Part shown: piece by piece, positions 20,701-31,176 of the stretch
Layout: each line of letters begins with the position of its first letter
How positions within the stretch are numbered: the stretch's first letter is position 1
Program-made: the position numbers and the translations under genes
Origin: a virus
Strand: one strand, 5' to 3'
Virus record (IMG/VR): IMGVR_UViG_3300009499_000148
Coordinates: 1 to 64,000 of that record
Length of the DNA: 64,000 nucleotides
Notes under the pieces: model-generated
What the model saw: only the letters and a program-made list of their open reading frames with translations
Databases searched by the model: none
What the model was told of the DNA's origin: nothing

Positions 20701-20845
20701 TAACGACCTTGGTATCATCAAATTTTGAGAATGATGTACCTAATCTGTATTGGTCTCCAGTTCGTGTAATTGTTGGATATGAGCCAGTCTCTGCATCAAT
20801 ATCACGTAGCTGCACACGCGGAGGAAGTCTAATCTTTTTCTTCAT
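17729..20845 (-). CDS. Large virion structural protein
   Basis: 1038 aa, S/T/G-rich, about 12 [ST]G[ST] motifs, within the structural operon. Confidence 0.65.
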   Translation of the reverse strand: MKKKIRLPPRVQLRDIDAETGSYPTITRTGDQYRLGTSFSKFDDTKVVIFSENTSINLPSTINSTLITSDLTDVTSSLTATGTVRKGIADEFVVFRDSIDVHRPFNDSAKLWQSNAMLDPFYATGSSITDVGPGFSGPLTAKTIIEIDMNPTVAYTAGIRNGGVTGSAMTSADSVPGNWVFDGTNNYPMMYYNFSSKKWEGIGRGLPTSITGTQGYLYGNNPQLSLEQNVRDLCYGFSPSYAITASVEGRQAAIPMSNFGFPLHPKFHATSSQLLDMSQYISHPFVVEKIVYEFSGSYRLGSAALSPVRTPLSTTDYTAYTSSFSGSLGALTVFTNQSASVGDVSTTATDTVFVRGTYGTPISTFFILNQRNPYSARAQTAQLLCATHDGVFGSSANFSSAGHSYPLPSRSLDIMIPSATLLSSGATATTVDSVRDIITFAQVSPFHSLATSANLSLLSRDLNIKNVSITYDANQALWAGSYVLSATIKSPVVNEQISYMYAGINDTAAIIYTANKPGGRAGTALPTGRDLSASVLGHTVSASISLIDDGFTATSTPNVFNSTNNPYILLPTDKLIMGWQVPMGKRMFAEGRVPNVGGSVVEGRASELTIAPGKGRLLLYGSLLRENKEFHQTVNQELTTVEVHEDIRSPEIVDQFLTEPRQLYSGSAYDVYISGTMTNDASSRRVLASSLYTGSVNNIFGLTLTNGSENRARIPGLSRHVQLVSDNERFYDTLMPRIDKIVQINGSAVYNHVSYNHVILGLDSYYSNASSGTPYLITSAGTPYPDVIADATWDRAFPFEPKYASVERDVDVVSNTEATRQLGGGVLGSAISQPIFSKLTVARILNHGESLVPSFPIVYLRDSDGEDASGLFPQTPRNVLLHIYGIGGTVSGTMTGVTYWASRSAGSSGDVETIFNSVFRGFKYGILNALPEYTKAVFNPSHYGQFRDMFEQRLDSKYYDTVGYSADGTLSGQPGETASPVQIKFVEPRTVNITSPAKTFSSNLSIEATSSMPYFDGIVMNRNDPLDLTELNSTIVSF

Positions 20846-21669
20846 GAACGCCTCATGCCACCGAATGCGATTGAATCAACACCATACGGAGAATTATCAT
20901 ACGTAAAGCCCGTTGATGTTGATTTTTGACGTGCTAAAAACAATATATCACTATCAGACGACATCGAGACTATAGCAACAACTATACCATATGAATTAGA
21001 GCCCGACAGTGAGCCCGATGCAAATGTTCGATTTAGGTATGCGCTTTCATTGAACGGTGTTATCGTCTTTTCACCCTCTGGAAATAGACCTCCCAGATTA
21101 ATTGCTCCTGATGCAACACCCATGCTATCTGAGGCATCAACGTATAGATTCAATGCTTGCACAGTCTCACGTGAATCAATGATGCTCACGACTGTATCGG
21201 AGCGACGAAATGCATCCTCATTTCCGCTGCCGAATGTTCCCCTGATGGTGTGTGGCTCAAACTCTGTCGTCGATACCAAAAAATTTCTTGCATCTATCGT
21301 GAGAGGTTCAACGAATCCTCCGATTGTCTCTATATCATTGAATGATGCATTATCTAGAACGACTGGGTACACCAACGATGCAGTGTTATAGATGATTGCA
21401 ACTGGGTCGAACTTGACAAGCTCTTCAAACTTTGCGTCGATGATAAACTCACTCGACTGCCCGTAAACAGTGATATCAATCGTGTGGTCATCTTCACCCG
21501 TGTCCAATCGAGGTAGCGTTCCAGCGTACCTCTGCACATCAGTGATTATCTCAACACCCTGACGCATGTGGTCGATGAGTGCAGTATCAGAACCAGACAT
21601 GTCTGCTGTCGCACGTGTGCCAGGCACGTTCGGTGCTTCAACAAATGGTGTGAAAAATCCCGACATCAT
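20842..21669 (-). CDS. Hypothetical virion protein
   Basis: 275 aa with ATGA-coupled overlaps on both sides. C-terminal GFTYDNSPYGVDSIAFGG. Confidence 0.6.
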   Translation of the reverse strand: MMSGFFTPFVEAPNVPGTRATADMSGSDTALIDHMRQGVEIITDVQRYAGTLPRLDTGEDDHTIDITVYGQSSEFIIDAKFEELVKFDPVAIIYNTASLVYPVVLDNASFNDIETIGGFVEPLTIDARNFLVSTTEFEPHTIRGTFGSGNEDAFRRSDTVVSIIDSRETVQALNLYVDASDSMGVASGAINLGGLFPEGEKTITPFNESAYLNRTFASGSLSGSNSYGIVVAIVSMSSDSDILFLARQKSTSTGFTYDNSPYGVDSIAFGGMRRS

Positions 21670-24600
21670 GACCTCCTAATCAGTGCTTCGAACTGTTGAA
21701 GTAAAATCGTTCCCTTGAGGCCGTGACGATTGTCTTCACCGAGGTATATGTCTGTTGACATATGCTCAAGCTTTGCACGCTCTAAGATGTGGCTTTCAAT
21801 TACAAAGTTCGTGCCCAAAAAGCGTGTTTTTCGTGGCACAAGCTGCTCAATGAATGTTGATATTCCAAGAACAGAATCAAACCACTTGAAAAACTCAAAG
21901 AACTGTCGAAGTCTCACCTGACCCGTTAGACGATTGAAGTATATATCGCGCATATTTTCAAGCTCAGGATAATCAGGAGAAAAGATTAACTCAGGATTAC
22001 CCAGAGCGCTATTGAACTCATCAAACGTTGAGAATATCTTGATGATATCATCGTTCAATGCGTCTGCAATCGAAAAATCGATTGAAAATCGTGTGTCGTC
22101 ATTTGGTATCTCACTTCTGGGAATCTCATGTATGGGACCGACTGCACCGCCCAACATGTTAACGTTCTGGTAATCGAGAAATCCCCTGACCCTGACCTTG
22201 TTGTTCGACGCTGCCTCATCAAATCGCGGTGAAAGCTGGCTATAGAACATTCTCTGTGGCTCTAGAACTGTCGTCGATGCCTCGAAGCCAGACCCTGTGA
22301 TATGCATGTTGTTCTGCGAAAAATCAAAAACGATGTATGAACCATCAGCATTCGACTTTGTGATGGGTTGCTCAATCGATGCATCAACACGAAGCCTACC
22401 AAATGAACCAGATGTTTTTGGAGCAAATCCAAAATTTGTTAATGGGTCCGCAACGCCTATCGACCTAAAATTCATGACATGCTCATGCCACTCATCAATG
22501 GTCAGCCCTGTGCTCCAAAATCTAATCTGTCCGACGAGACCGTCGAAGTCAGTGATACGAGCACTGCTTGAAACAAGTGGGTCGTTCAAGAACAATGAAA
22601 CGCTGTCTAGGCTCTGTGAACCTATCGTGAAAAATGTTCCTGATGCGTTGAATTGCGGTGATATTATCTCAAATGCATTCTGAGAACCCGTCGCAGAACC
22701 AGACTCATTAAAGAATGCGCTTGTGACGTGGCTTTCAACAAGTGTGCCAAAGTTTTGTCGAGCTGCCCTAACAAAGTATGACGCAGAAACGAATGCTCCA
22801 ACATCATCTGCACGGTTACGACCGAAGCTAACGTTCCACTGATGACCATCCATGACATCGACTCCCGTCAGTGGTAGATACAATGTCGGATGCGTCGAAC
22901 CGCTATAACCAGGCGACACACATAACAATAGGCCCGAACCCGATATCGCTAGAAGGTTTGTTAAAACACCTCCTGAGCCCGAGGGCCCAGCGATTGTGCC
23001 CGTCGTATTATAGCGCACCAAGCTCTGGGACACGGCGTGTGACCCAGTCAATAGCGATGGAAATCTATACATCGCCTCATACGTCCATGAACCTGATGTC
23101 ATCAGGCCGTCGCTGGCGACATTTGACACAGACAGGATGGGAGACACACGCACAAATGTACCAATTGGAAGGGGATACCCGGGCTCATACCTTGAGCCTG
23201 ATAAGAATGGTGACCTCAAGAACGGGCGTTGAGCGTTGACACCGTGGCTATCGACAGCCAATGAAGCCGGTGTCGCCAATGAACCACTGAAGTTAAGAAA
23301 CGTTGATACATCATGCTTCGTGTCTCGAGAATCCTCAAGGCTTCTGAACGAAGGACCCCCGAACTCACGAAGACGAAAGCTCTTATCTGGCTCAATCCCC
23401 ATTGAGCGCAAAAGAACCCTGATGCTATGCAGCGTGCCCTTCGACCTGATGACCTCTCCAACGTTCGTTAAAATCCTTCTCCAAAGCTGGTTCTGCACAT
23501 ACTGCAATGATGTTGTGTTTGTGCTTATAGTGTCTGAGATGTTTTCTGCATCGATGAACTGCTCGACAGATGCATCGATGAAAAACGCTGGCATCTCAAA
23601 TCCGTAATACCTCGATAAAAACTGCAAGAATTGGTCTGCCGTGAATCCCGTCTTATCGTAATCGACGTGTATGATTGAACCGAACAGGTCAATCATCATC
23701 TTGATTTCATCAAAAAAACGTGCCCATGTGTAAAGAAGCGCAGAGAGAAGCTGTGCAGAACCAAGCTCTGCAGAGCCCGGTGGCCCTGAGCCTGAAATTG
23801 CATCGACTATCGTTCCTGCTTCATGCTCGAATCCATCAAACGTTTGACCCTCTTGAAAGTAATGCGTCGGGACAAGCTTCGTTATGAGGTTCGGGTTTGT
23901 GGCATCGTATGAGCTTGCAGACGCAAGAAGCTCAGCATTGAAGTCGCTGACCTCGCTGTATGCGGGAAACAGAACAGGATGAAGCGAACGCTTCTCAGAC
24001 GTCATTGGTGATGCGATTGACCCAGTTGAGCGATTTGATGCCCGTATGTTTGAGACCAATGAATGTAGTGAATTGCCCGAGCTATCGATGACGATTGAAT
24101 CGGTACCTATGCTACCCGTGGGTTCATTGAACTTCAGATACAACTTCAGGTCATCTGATGGAGTTATCGATTTCCTTGCATTTGTCGATTGCTCCTTGAG
24201 ACTGATAGTCTTATGAAACACGCGCAGTTCGTCGATAGAACCAGATAGCGTCTGTGTCGGTGTGAAAGAACTGTGCGACGACCCAGAGCCGATGATGAAT
24301 GGTGATGTTGGAAACCCAAACTGTCCAAACTCCGACGCACGTGATGACGTCGCAACGAGCGCTTCATTGACATAGAGTTGGATGTTGTTGATACCGGGAT
24401 GCCTATCGAGCGTTGCAACGATATGATTGAACTGTCCTTTTGCAAGCGATGATGAGATGACCAGCGATTGAGAGCCGCTAGCGGCCATAAAAACGATATT
24501 ACATGCTGACGTCGATGCCGACTGCGACAACGCTAGCGTTATGCCCTGAACGCTACCTGATACCTTCTGACACACGATCTGATTGCCGTTTGTGACGCTT

Positions 24601-25148
24601 GGCACATGAAGCTGAAGCTCAATCGTGAATGATTTAAGCCCAGGGTCGATGACATTCTCGCCCGTTCTTTTCTTTGATATGCTTGGGTATAGATAACCCG
24701 CAAAATCTTCAACAACGACGTATGTTCCCTCAGTCGACGATGCACCTGCAGACCCAGAAAAGTTGAGATACCCAACATTTCGAGGAAAATTATCAAAAAC
24801 CCATTTCTCAAACCCAGACAACGAATCAACGAATGCTTCAACCTCACGTCTCGTGCCGTCGAATGGATACTCGTTGATTATCCTGTCGAATGCGACGTTA
24901 ACGTTCACCTCTGCAGAACTAAAAAATGTGTGTGTATTGAACACAGAGAAATCGACTGGAATCTGTTGCGTCGATTTGATACCAGTCCCATTAGAGTCGT
25001 ATCTAAATGACGCTGTGCTCGTTAGATTACTTTCAGCTATATCATTGGCCGTCCTATTGACGACAGAGCCACCATCGTCAAGAAGACGTCTCGTCATCGA
25101 TGGAGAAAACAGTCTTGGTCTATCGAAATCGATTGAGCGCTTCGCCAT
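21666..25148 (-). CDS. Baseplate wedge protein (P2 gpI/T4 gp7-like core) with LamG domains
   Basis: LWRRILTNVGEVIRSKGTLHSIRVLLRSMG resembles the gpI-type KGT motif. LamG motifs SFTIELQL, FNHIVAT, LYVNE and LSGSIDELRVFH. About 21 [ST]G[ST] motifs. Confidence 0.7.
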   Translation of the reverse strand: MAKRSIDFDRPRLFSPSMTRRLLDDGGSVVNRTANDIAESNLTSTASFRYDSNGTGIKSTQQIPVDFSVFNTHTFFSSAEVNVNVAFDRIINEYPFDGTRREVEAFVDSLSGFEKWVFDNFPRNVGYLNFSGSAGASSTEGTYVVVEDFAGYLYPSISKKRTGENVIDPGLKSFTIELQLHVPSVTNGNQIVCQKVSGSVQGITLALSQSASTSACNIVFMAASGSQSLVISSSLAKGQFNHIVATLDRHPGINNIQLYVNEALVATSSRASEFGQFGFPTSPFIIGSGSSHSSFTPTQTLSGSIDELRVFHKTISLKEQSTNARKSITPSDDLKLYLKFNEPTGSIGTDSIVIDSSGNSLHSLVSNIRASNRSTGSIASPMTSEKRSLHPVLFPAYSEVSDFNAELLASASSYDATNPNLITKLVPTHYFQEGQTFDGFEHEAGTIVDAISGSGPPGSAELGSAQLLSALLYTWARFFDEIKMMIDLFGSIIHVDYDKTGFTADQFLQFLSRYYGFEMPAFFIDASVEQFIDAENISDTISTNTTSLQYVQNQLWRRILTNVGEVIRSKGTLHSIRVLLRSMGIEPDKSFRLREFGGPSFRSLEDSRDTKHDVSTFLNFSGSLATPASLAVDSHGVNAQRPFLRSPFLSGSRYEPGYPLPIGTFVRVSPILSVSNVASDGLMTSGSWTYEAMYRFPSLLTGSHAVSQSLVRYNTTGTIAGPSGSGGVLTNLLAISGSGLLLCVSPGYSGSTHPTLYLPLTGVDVMDGHQWNVSFGRNRADDVGAFVSASYFVRAARQNFGTLVESHVTSAFFNESGSATGSQNAFEIISPQFNASGTFFTIGSQSLDSVSLFLNDPLVSSSARITDFDGLVGQIRFWSTGLTIDEWHEHVMNFRSIGVADPLTNFGFAPKTSGSFGRLRVDASIEQPITKSNADGSYIVFDFSQNNMHITGSGFEASTTVLEPQRMFYSQLSPRFDEAASNNKVRVRGFLDYQNVNMLGGAVGPIHEIPRSEIPNDDTRFSIDFSIADALNDDIIKIFSTFDEFNSALGNPELIFSPDYPELENMRDIYFNRLTGQVRLRQFFEFFKWFDSVLGISTFIEQLVPRKTRFLGTNFVIESHILERAKLEHMSTDIYLGEDNRHGLKGTILLQQFEALIRRS

Positions 25149-26689
25149 TATGCATCCACACGGAATATACCGCTAACATTTCGAAACACCTGCCTTGTTC
25201 CCTGTGCAACTATCATCACATCGATGCAGTATGAACGTCCTGGGTCAAGGTCAGATGCATATAGGTCAAAATACGGCCCAGTTGCATCGACAGACAACCT
25301 CGTTGAGTTTGTTACAGTATCGAAATCAAAAACGACCGTATCGTTGTTCACGTCGAACACACGATAATGCATCTCTTCAAATATCATGCTCTGTGATTCA
25401 ATCGGAAGCTTTGTCGCTTTAAATGATGCACCATCATCTTCAATGAACACTCGAACCCTTGGTCTATCTGAGCTCTTGTATGCATTTCTGACATTCGTCG
25501 CAGACACACGCAACGGGTTAAGCGTGCCGAGTGTCGTTGTTCTAGATGCATCATACATCACAAGAGTGCCAGTGTAGAAACCGACAGTCCCATCGCTTGA
25601 ACCCCACACCTCAGTGAATGTCGCAGAATGTGCAAGTGAGACCTCATTCAACAATGCACCAGTTGCAGCGGGTGATACAACGAATGTTGCAGAATAAATG
25701 CCAGCAATGCTGTTCTGCCCGACGACGTGTTGTGACGCAGATACGACTGTACGATAGTATGTTCCTGATGCCGTGCTTCCAGTCGTAAGAGTTATGACTA
25801 ATGAATTTGAGCCCGTTATGGGTGTTCGCGTAGAGCCAGAGACAATGTTCGACAATGCTCCTCGAACGATATTATTCAAGAACAATGAACCACTGACGTC
25901 AAAGAAAAATGAACGATGATGGTCGATGATGCTGTCATTGAATCCGACCTCTATCGATGGGCGTAAGCGCGGCTCTGTGCTGTGCCTTGTCCCAAACCGT
26001 TTAACAAACCTCGTCCTGTCATCTGTCTCCTGCGTTCCTGAGAACGAGAGCCTAAAACCGTGGTTGGGTATCTGTCCAGATATCGTTGCAGAGACAATCC
26101 TTGTGATGTCCATGCTTAGGTCCTCTGACCCATCGGTGAATGATTGTGTGACGAATAAATCACCCAACGTCATTGAGCCAGTTATGACATCGATTGATGC
26201 TTGGCCGACGTATCCCTTTGCGTCTGCACCAGAGACATTCCAAAGCGCAAGGCCGCTTGACACTGATGCAGTCAGGTAGTTTGCTGCATCTATGTCCTCG
26301 AAGGCGCTAACGTCACGGCCGATGCCCTCATCAAATGACTGTGCTAGAGGATACAGTATAAGCGAAAAATTTGATGGAAGCGTTTGACCACCCATCACAT
26401 CCTTCAGTGACAATGTGCATCTGAATGATGGGTGGTTCATGTCAAGGATGCTCGATGTAAGCGCAGTGATTGGTGATACATCGAACTTTATGAGAACGCG
26501 TGATAGCTCAATTGGGTCTGTCGTGCCGCTGACGAATGGTGATGAACCAGTCAGCTGACTCTCTCCTGCAAGCTTAAACAAATCTAGCGTGCCAGCAAGA
26601 CCCACGTTTGCATCTGTTGCACGAAAACTATCGCGTATGATGCGGTTCGTGATGTAGCCGTCCTTCGTTGCTCGTAAGATTCTTTTCAT
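25148..26689 (-). CDS. Baseplate-associated virion protein
   Basis: 513 aa directly downstream of the J-like wedge gene. Motifs ATKDGYI, SRVLIKFD, DLSMDITRIV and NHGFRL. About 10 [ST]G[ST] motifs. Confidence 0.6.
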   Translation of the reverse strand: MKRILRATKDGYITNRIIRDSFRATDANVGLAGTLDLFKLAGESQLTGSSPFVSGTTDPIELSRVLIKFDVSPITALTSSILDMNHPSFRCTLSLKDVMGGQTLPSNFSLILYPLAQSFDEGIGRDVSAFEDIDAANYLTASVSSGLALWNVSGADAKGYVGQASIDVITGSMTLGDLFVTQSFTDGSEDLSMDITRIVSATISGQIPNHGFRLSFSGTQETDDRTRFVKRFGTRHSTEPRLRPSIEVGFNDSIIDHHRSFFFDVSGSLFLNNIVRGALSNIVSGSTRTPITGSNSLVITLTTGSTASGTYYRTVVSASQHVVGQNSIAGIYSATFVVSPAATGALLNEVSLAHSATFTEVWGSSDGTVGFYTGTLVMYDASRTTTLGTLNPLRVSATNVRNAYKSSDRPRVRVFIEDDGASFKATKLPIESQSMIFEEMHYRVFDVNNDTVVFDFDTVTNSTRLSVDATGPYFDLYASDLDPGRSYCIDVMIVAQGTRQVFRNVSGIFRVDA

Positions 26690-26712
26690 AATGGCTCGCT
26701 AGAGTAAGTATC

Positions 26713-28581
26713 TCACTGTGCTGAACCGACGATGTCGAAATCAGGGTATCTAACCTCGAATATTGAACCGGCCGGTGATGGCACAAGAAGACGCTTTTTT
26801 GTGTTGCTTGTGACATCGAACCTGATTGTGCTGTATTCGCGGTCATTGACTGAGCCAGATATGCCCCTGAAACGCACATCAATGACAGATGCAACGCCCT
26901 GCGTCGTGTAAATGATGTTGTGTATGTCGTCGATTCGAATCGGTTGGTCGATTTGAAAGTTTTTGATATCGAGGTACTTTCTTAAACGAGCTATGATGTT
27001 CTGTATCACGATGTTCTTGACGGCGTTTGGTTCAACTGCTACCCTAAAATCGACACCGATGTTGATGACAGCAGCATCGAGGATATCGATTGCATCGCTA
27101 ATCATCCTAAATTCATTCAAGAATAGCCTGAGGTTCTTTTTTAATGAGTCTGGTGATACGACCAACCTCTTGTCAGCATCACGTGATATGATGAACAACT
27201 GTGTCGCAAGTGGATTTCTTGGGTTTGAACGAACACCTGCACGGAATACACGTCCAAAGTTCGACGGCATAGTATATACACGTGCCAACAAGTCTGGCGT
27301 CGTGACAATTCGTGACTGTGCATTTCGGGCGGCTGGCACTTTACTCCTTAGCTCATCAAGCGTGGGAGCATCCTCACCACCTGATGCATTCTCTGGGTTT
27401 TTGATAGAGACACTTGCTCGTATCTGCTGCGCGAGCGACGATGATATCGTGCTTGGAAATGTCATACGAAGCGTGTTGATGGTGTTGATTGCACCAGACG
27501 TTGCATTGTGCTTTAGGCCACCACCGTATCTGTAATCGACAGTGATTGTCGTGTTGATTGGTGCGACACCAAGCGTCTGCGTGCCTAACAACCTGCCAGG
27601 GTCTAGCGTGTAGCGTGAAAATGTCTGCTTGCCGTAAAGTGGAAGCGCAAGGTCGCTTGGGTCTGGGATGATATCATCAACAAGCGTGTTTGCGTTTCCG
27701 CTACCGAACCTCAGCGTCGTGAGACCCGTGTTAAAATCCATCGTTCGTGTGAATCGATACGGTGCGGGAATGACCTCAAAATTTTCATTCACCAGCTCAT
27801 TGTCGCTATTGACGTTGGGTATGCCACGAAACACGGTGTCCTGCGCAAGCGTCTCAACCTCGTAGTATGTGTTGCCGTCAGAGTCGATTACTGAGAACAC
27901 CTCAGTTATGTCCTGCTGCGCTAGCGTTATCTCTCTAAATGGAACGTATGAATCAGGAATGATGAACGTCTCTGTCGTTCGAAATCCTGATAGACACACA
28001 CCATCAGGAGCAAGGGGAGCATTTCCTGGGCCGCCCATGATGAGTATGAACGTCGTCGGGCTTCCGTCAGAGCCGACCTCACCTATCGTAAGGCGCGCCT
28101 TGAGCGTCCCATCAGAATACGTGTCTGAGAAGTCGAGGTCCTCTATCAGCTCAAATAGCACACCATCATCTGATTCACCTATGCTTCCCTGTAGGATGAC
28201 TGGAAGCGCAGACGGTTGTGGCACATACACCGAACCCTGTAGCTGTGATGGCACCTCTATCGCCCATTGCAATGCAACGACAGCAGGAGATGCACCCGTG
28301 ATTGGAACGCCGGCGCGCCTGATGTGTCTCAGTATGTTTGAGGTCTCAACAGCAAGCTCTGGGTCAAGCTCCGTGAACTGGTGGTCGAGATAGAACGACA
28401 TGTGGTCGCCTATCTCTGCAGGAAGGTCAAGTAAAAGACCACCAAGCGATGCCTCAGAGAAGTCCTTTATCTTATCAGGAAAGAACACACGCGCATGCTG
28501 CAACAGCAACGCCTTAAATGCATCACGGTCCTTGTTAAGATACGTCCTTGATATAACGTTCTTTACATCTTGCTTCACCAT
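26713..28581 (-). CDS. Baseplate wedge subunit (T4 gp6 / P2 gpJ-like)
   Basis: YLNKD..F, DFSEASLGGLLLD, MSFYLD, LRFGSG, ITVDYRYGGG and ASGGEDAPTLDELR..AQSRIVT..D are characteristic of gp6/J. Confidence 0.9.
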   Translation of the reverse strand: MVKQDVKNVISRTYLNKDRDAFKALLLQHARVFFPDKIKDFSEASLGGLLLDLPAEIGDHMSFYLDHQFTELDPELAVETSNILRHIRRAGVPITGASPAVVALQWAIEVPSQLQGSVYVPQPSALPVILQGSIGESDDGVLFELIEDLDFSDTYSDGTLKARLTIGEVGSDGSPTTFILIMGGPGNAPLAPDGVCLSGFRTTETFIIPDSYVPFREITLAQQDITEVFSVIDSDGNTYYEVETLAQDTVFRGIPNVNSDNELVNENFEVIPAPYRFTRTMDFNTGLTTLRFGSGNANTLVDDIIPDPSDLALPLYGKQTFSRYTLDPGRLLGTQTLGVAPINTTITVDYRYGGGLKHNATSGAINTINTLRMTFPSTISSSLAQQIRASVSIKNPENASGGEDAPTLDELRSKVPAARNAQSRIVTTPDLLARVYTMPSNFGRVFRAGVRSNPRNPLATQLFIISRDADKRLVVSPDSLKKNLRLFLNEFRMISDAIDILDAAVINIGVDFRVAVEPNAVKNIVIQNIIARLRKYLDIKNFQIDQPIRIDDIHNIIYTTQGVASVIDVRFRGISGSVNDREYSTIRFDVTSNTKKRLLVPSPAGSIFEVRYPDFDIVGSAQ

Positions 28582-28583
28582 CT

Positions 28584-29051
28584 TCAGCCTCTCACATACA
28601 GCGTTATCATTATCTCTTTTCCGACAATACCGAGCCGTGGCACATCATACACAATCTTTATATCTACGCGCTCGACGGTGCCACCCTGACCCGGTATCTG
28701 CTTTGACTCAAATGTCCGAGGGTTGATGAACGGCATGTGCCTATTGATGGCATCCCTGATGCGTGTTATCGCCTCAGAATCAAATGCTTCACGCCCATGC
28801 TCCATCGTCAATTCTCTAAGATTTGCTCCAAAATTGAACATTCCAAGGCGTTCTCCATGGTTCGTCAGCAGCAGGTTTCGAAAATTATCCTGTATCTGAT
28901 TACCGATGTCGAAATGCATTCCGAACAATCCATCATTCTGCGTACCAAATCTCAGTGGTGTGATGAACCCGATTGGTTCAGTGTTTTCAACGACCTTGAA
29001 CTTCTGTAATGATGAGCTTTCACCAGCACTTTTGAAATCAAGAATAGCCAC
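28584..29051 (-). CDS. Baseplate wedge / sheath initiator (gp25/GPW-like)
   Basis: QIQDNFRNLLLTNHGERLGMFNFGANL..I.DAI.RHMPFI is the gp25 signature. Confidence 0.9.
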   Translation of the reverse strand: MAILDFKSAGESSSLQKFKVVENTEPIGFITPLRFGTQNDGLFGMHFDIGNQIQDNFRNLLLTNHGERLGMFNFGANLRELTMEHGREAFDSEAITRIRDAINRHMPFINPRTFESKQIPGQGGTVERVDIKIVYDVPRLGIVGKEIMITLYVRG

Positions 29052-29074
29052 ACATCTAAATATGAAGCAGCCAA

Positions 29075-29575
29075 CTACATGGGAGGGATAACGATAAACT
29101 TTCCAGCAATCCTCATATCACCGACGAGAAGGCCACATGCCCAGTCAAGCAGCGCACGACCAAACTTAAGTGCATTCTCATCCTGAAACGGTGGTGCCGC
29201 TAACATGATGGGTGATATCGGTGATGGTGGTACCGGCGGCCCAGGGATTGGTTTTATGTTAAGAGACACCGCACCTGCAGCCAACATCGGAAACACTGTC
29301 GCGTTGATGTCAGCCGTCAATGCATCACCTATGATGTTCATACCGGGTGCATCTGCAGGTGTGCTATTCGTCTGTGCAGATATAGCTGCGGCAAGCGATT
29401 GACCCATGCTAGCGGGGGCGATTGGAATCGGAATCGACGCGATGTTCGGAGGAATCGGTGGTGGCATTAATGACATCATTATGATGGGTGTGGCAACACT
29501 CTCAATCGTTGAGATGATTAAATCATCGATACCAGAGACGCCCCTAGAATCAAGCGACTGCTTGAGACCCATCAC
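29075..29575 (-). CDS. Pro-rich hypothetical protein, possible spike-tip protein
   Basis: 166 aa between the gp5-like and gp25-like genes, with PPPIPP and PGPPVPP stretches. Confidence 0.45.
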   Translation of the reverse strand: MMGLKQSLDSRGVSGIDDLIISTIESVATPIIMMSLMPPPIPPNIASIPIPIAPASMGQSLAAAISAQTNSTPADAPGMNIIGDALTADINATVFPMLAAGAVSLNIKPIPGPPVPPSPISPIMLAAPPFQDENALKFGRALLDWACGLLVGDMRIAGKFIVIPPM

Positions 29576-31176
29576 CTCACCCTTCCTATCCGTGAAAACA
29601 TCGAATTGATGTTGTCGTTCAATTGCTTCGTTGCATCTGAGACATCACTCTTGAGCTGTGGAGATGCAGACTTCAACATGTCAGACAGTCTCTTGATACC
29701 GGGAAGCGCAACTCCCAAATTTCCAAGGCTGTTCGGCGGCGAAGCTAGCTCATTACCAGCTGTCTCAAGAGCGTTTGCAAATGTCGTGATGTGTTTTTCG
29801 ACAGCCGTCGTATAATCACCCAACAGCTTCTTGAGCGTATCTCCCATCACAAGTGGCTCTGTAGCATCACGACCGATGTACACCTGTGTGCCAGCGCCGT
29901 TATCCTTTTCAATGCCTGAACCGATGATTATCTTCGGAGAATCGATGATTGTCGTTCCATCTTTTTCCATCAAAATCACAGCACGACCCGTACCATTTTC
30001 ATCATTTTCATCACCCTCTTTGATGATGCGAATTGTTCCATCGACGCGTGAAATGACACGTGTATGGTCAGACTTAACGATTATCGCTGCACCAGTATCG
30101 ACAACAGCAACATCGACACCATCATTTAGCTTCGGAAGCTGTTTACCGAAGTTTCCGTCGATGTCAGTGTCCATCGCGATGTAGATACGGGCTGCATCAT
30201 TTTCGAAATCGACATCACCCTCACTCTTATTAGCGTTCGCTGGGTCCTTGTCTGTCTCTAATAGACCCCTCACATTCTTTATGATAGCAGGTGCCGTCAG
30301 CTTCGGTTTTGCACCTGCGGGTGGTAGCTTCTTATCTACCCCGATGCCTCGACCGACGACGATGTCTATCGCACCTGACGCACCCTTTGACTTATCAACA
30401 TCAGGCTTACCAGACACCTTGTCTGCAACGACCTTAGATGTCGCGCCCGTCCTGTCCTCCCCGAGAACTATCAACGTATTGTTGGAGCCCTCCATGACGT
30501 TATCACCAGGGCGCTTCCTGTATCTCGGCACGGGCTCACGCGTTGATACACGGTTCGCTATAGCATCTTTCTCAATCTTTTCGAATGCATCGGGTTCTGC
30601 AAGCGTGTATCCCTCTTTTGTGTCGCTACCGTTTGGAAATGACGGGCCTGGTGGTGGATTTCCAGACTTTGATAGGTCGAACCTATCAATCGTTGATGGA
30701 GACTGTTGGTCGATGAATGCACGGTCGGCATGTGTGAAGTTTGGGTCATCAATGTCAGACCTCTCAACAACACGTGAGACCCAAAACCCGATATCACGAG
30801 ACATGTCTGGGTCCTCAAACATCACCCAAACACGCTCACCCGGTTTAATCGGCTGATGGATGTGTGAAAACATCGGATAGAATATCGACGGTGTCTGATT
30901 CCTCTTATCGGCAGCATCGCTGACGAGACGTGCGATGACGCTGTTATAGGGTGCAACGGTCAGAAGCGATGCATTTGATAGATTCTCGCCGTATGCATCC
31001 ATCAGCTCCTTGAGTTGTGCATGCGGGTCATATATGACATCAACGACGACAGCACGGTATAGCACCCTTGTGGATGCAGCCGTCGCCACATCTCGCATCT
31101 CATTATCGTAGCTTGATTGGTCTGAGAACAGCTTACGTTGGGCGTTTATTCCCTTGTTTGTAAGAACCTTCGTCAT
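29572..31176 (-). CDS. Baseplate hub/central spike protein (gp5/VgrG-like OB fold)
   Basis: YPMFSHIHQPIKPGERVWVMF..GFWVSR (gp5 OB-fold pattern), RPGDNVMEGSNNTLIVLG and EPLVMGDTL. It sits upstream of the gp25- and gp6-like genes. Confidence 0.7.
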   Translation of the reverse strand: MTKVLTNKGINAQRKLFSDQSSYDNEMRDVATAASTRVLYRAVVVDVIYDPHAQLKELMDAYGENLSNASLLTVAPYNSVIARLVSDAADKRNQTPSIFYPMFSHIHQPIKPGERVWVMFEDPDMSRDIGFWVSRVVERSDIDDPNFTHADRAFIDQQSPSTIDRFDLSKSGNPPPGPSFPNGSDTKEGYTLAEPDAFEKIEKDAIANRVSTREPVPRYRKRPGDNVMEGSNNTLIVLGEDRTGATSKVVADKVSGKPDVDKSKGASGAIDIVVGRGIGVDKKLPPAGAKPKLTAPAIIKNVRGLLETDKDPANANKSEGDVDFENDAARIYIAMDTDIDGNFGKQLPKLNDGVDVAVVDTGAAIIVKSDHTRVISRVDGTIRIIKEGDENDENGTGRAVILMEKDGTTIIDSPKIIIGSGIEKDNGAGTQVYIGRDATEPLVMGDTLKKLLGDYTTAVEKHITTFANALETAGNELASPPNSLGNLGVALPGIKRLSDMLKSASPQLKSDVSDATKQLNDNINSMFSRIGRVR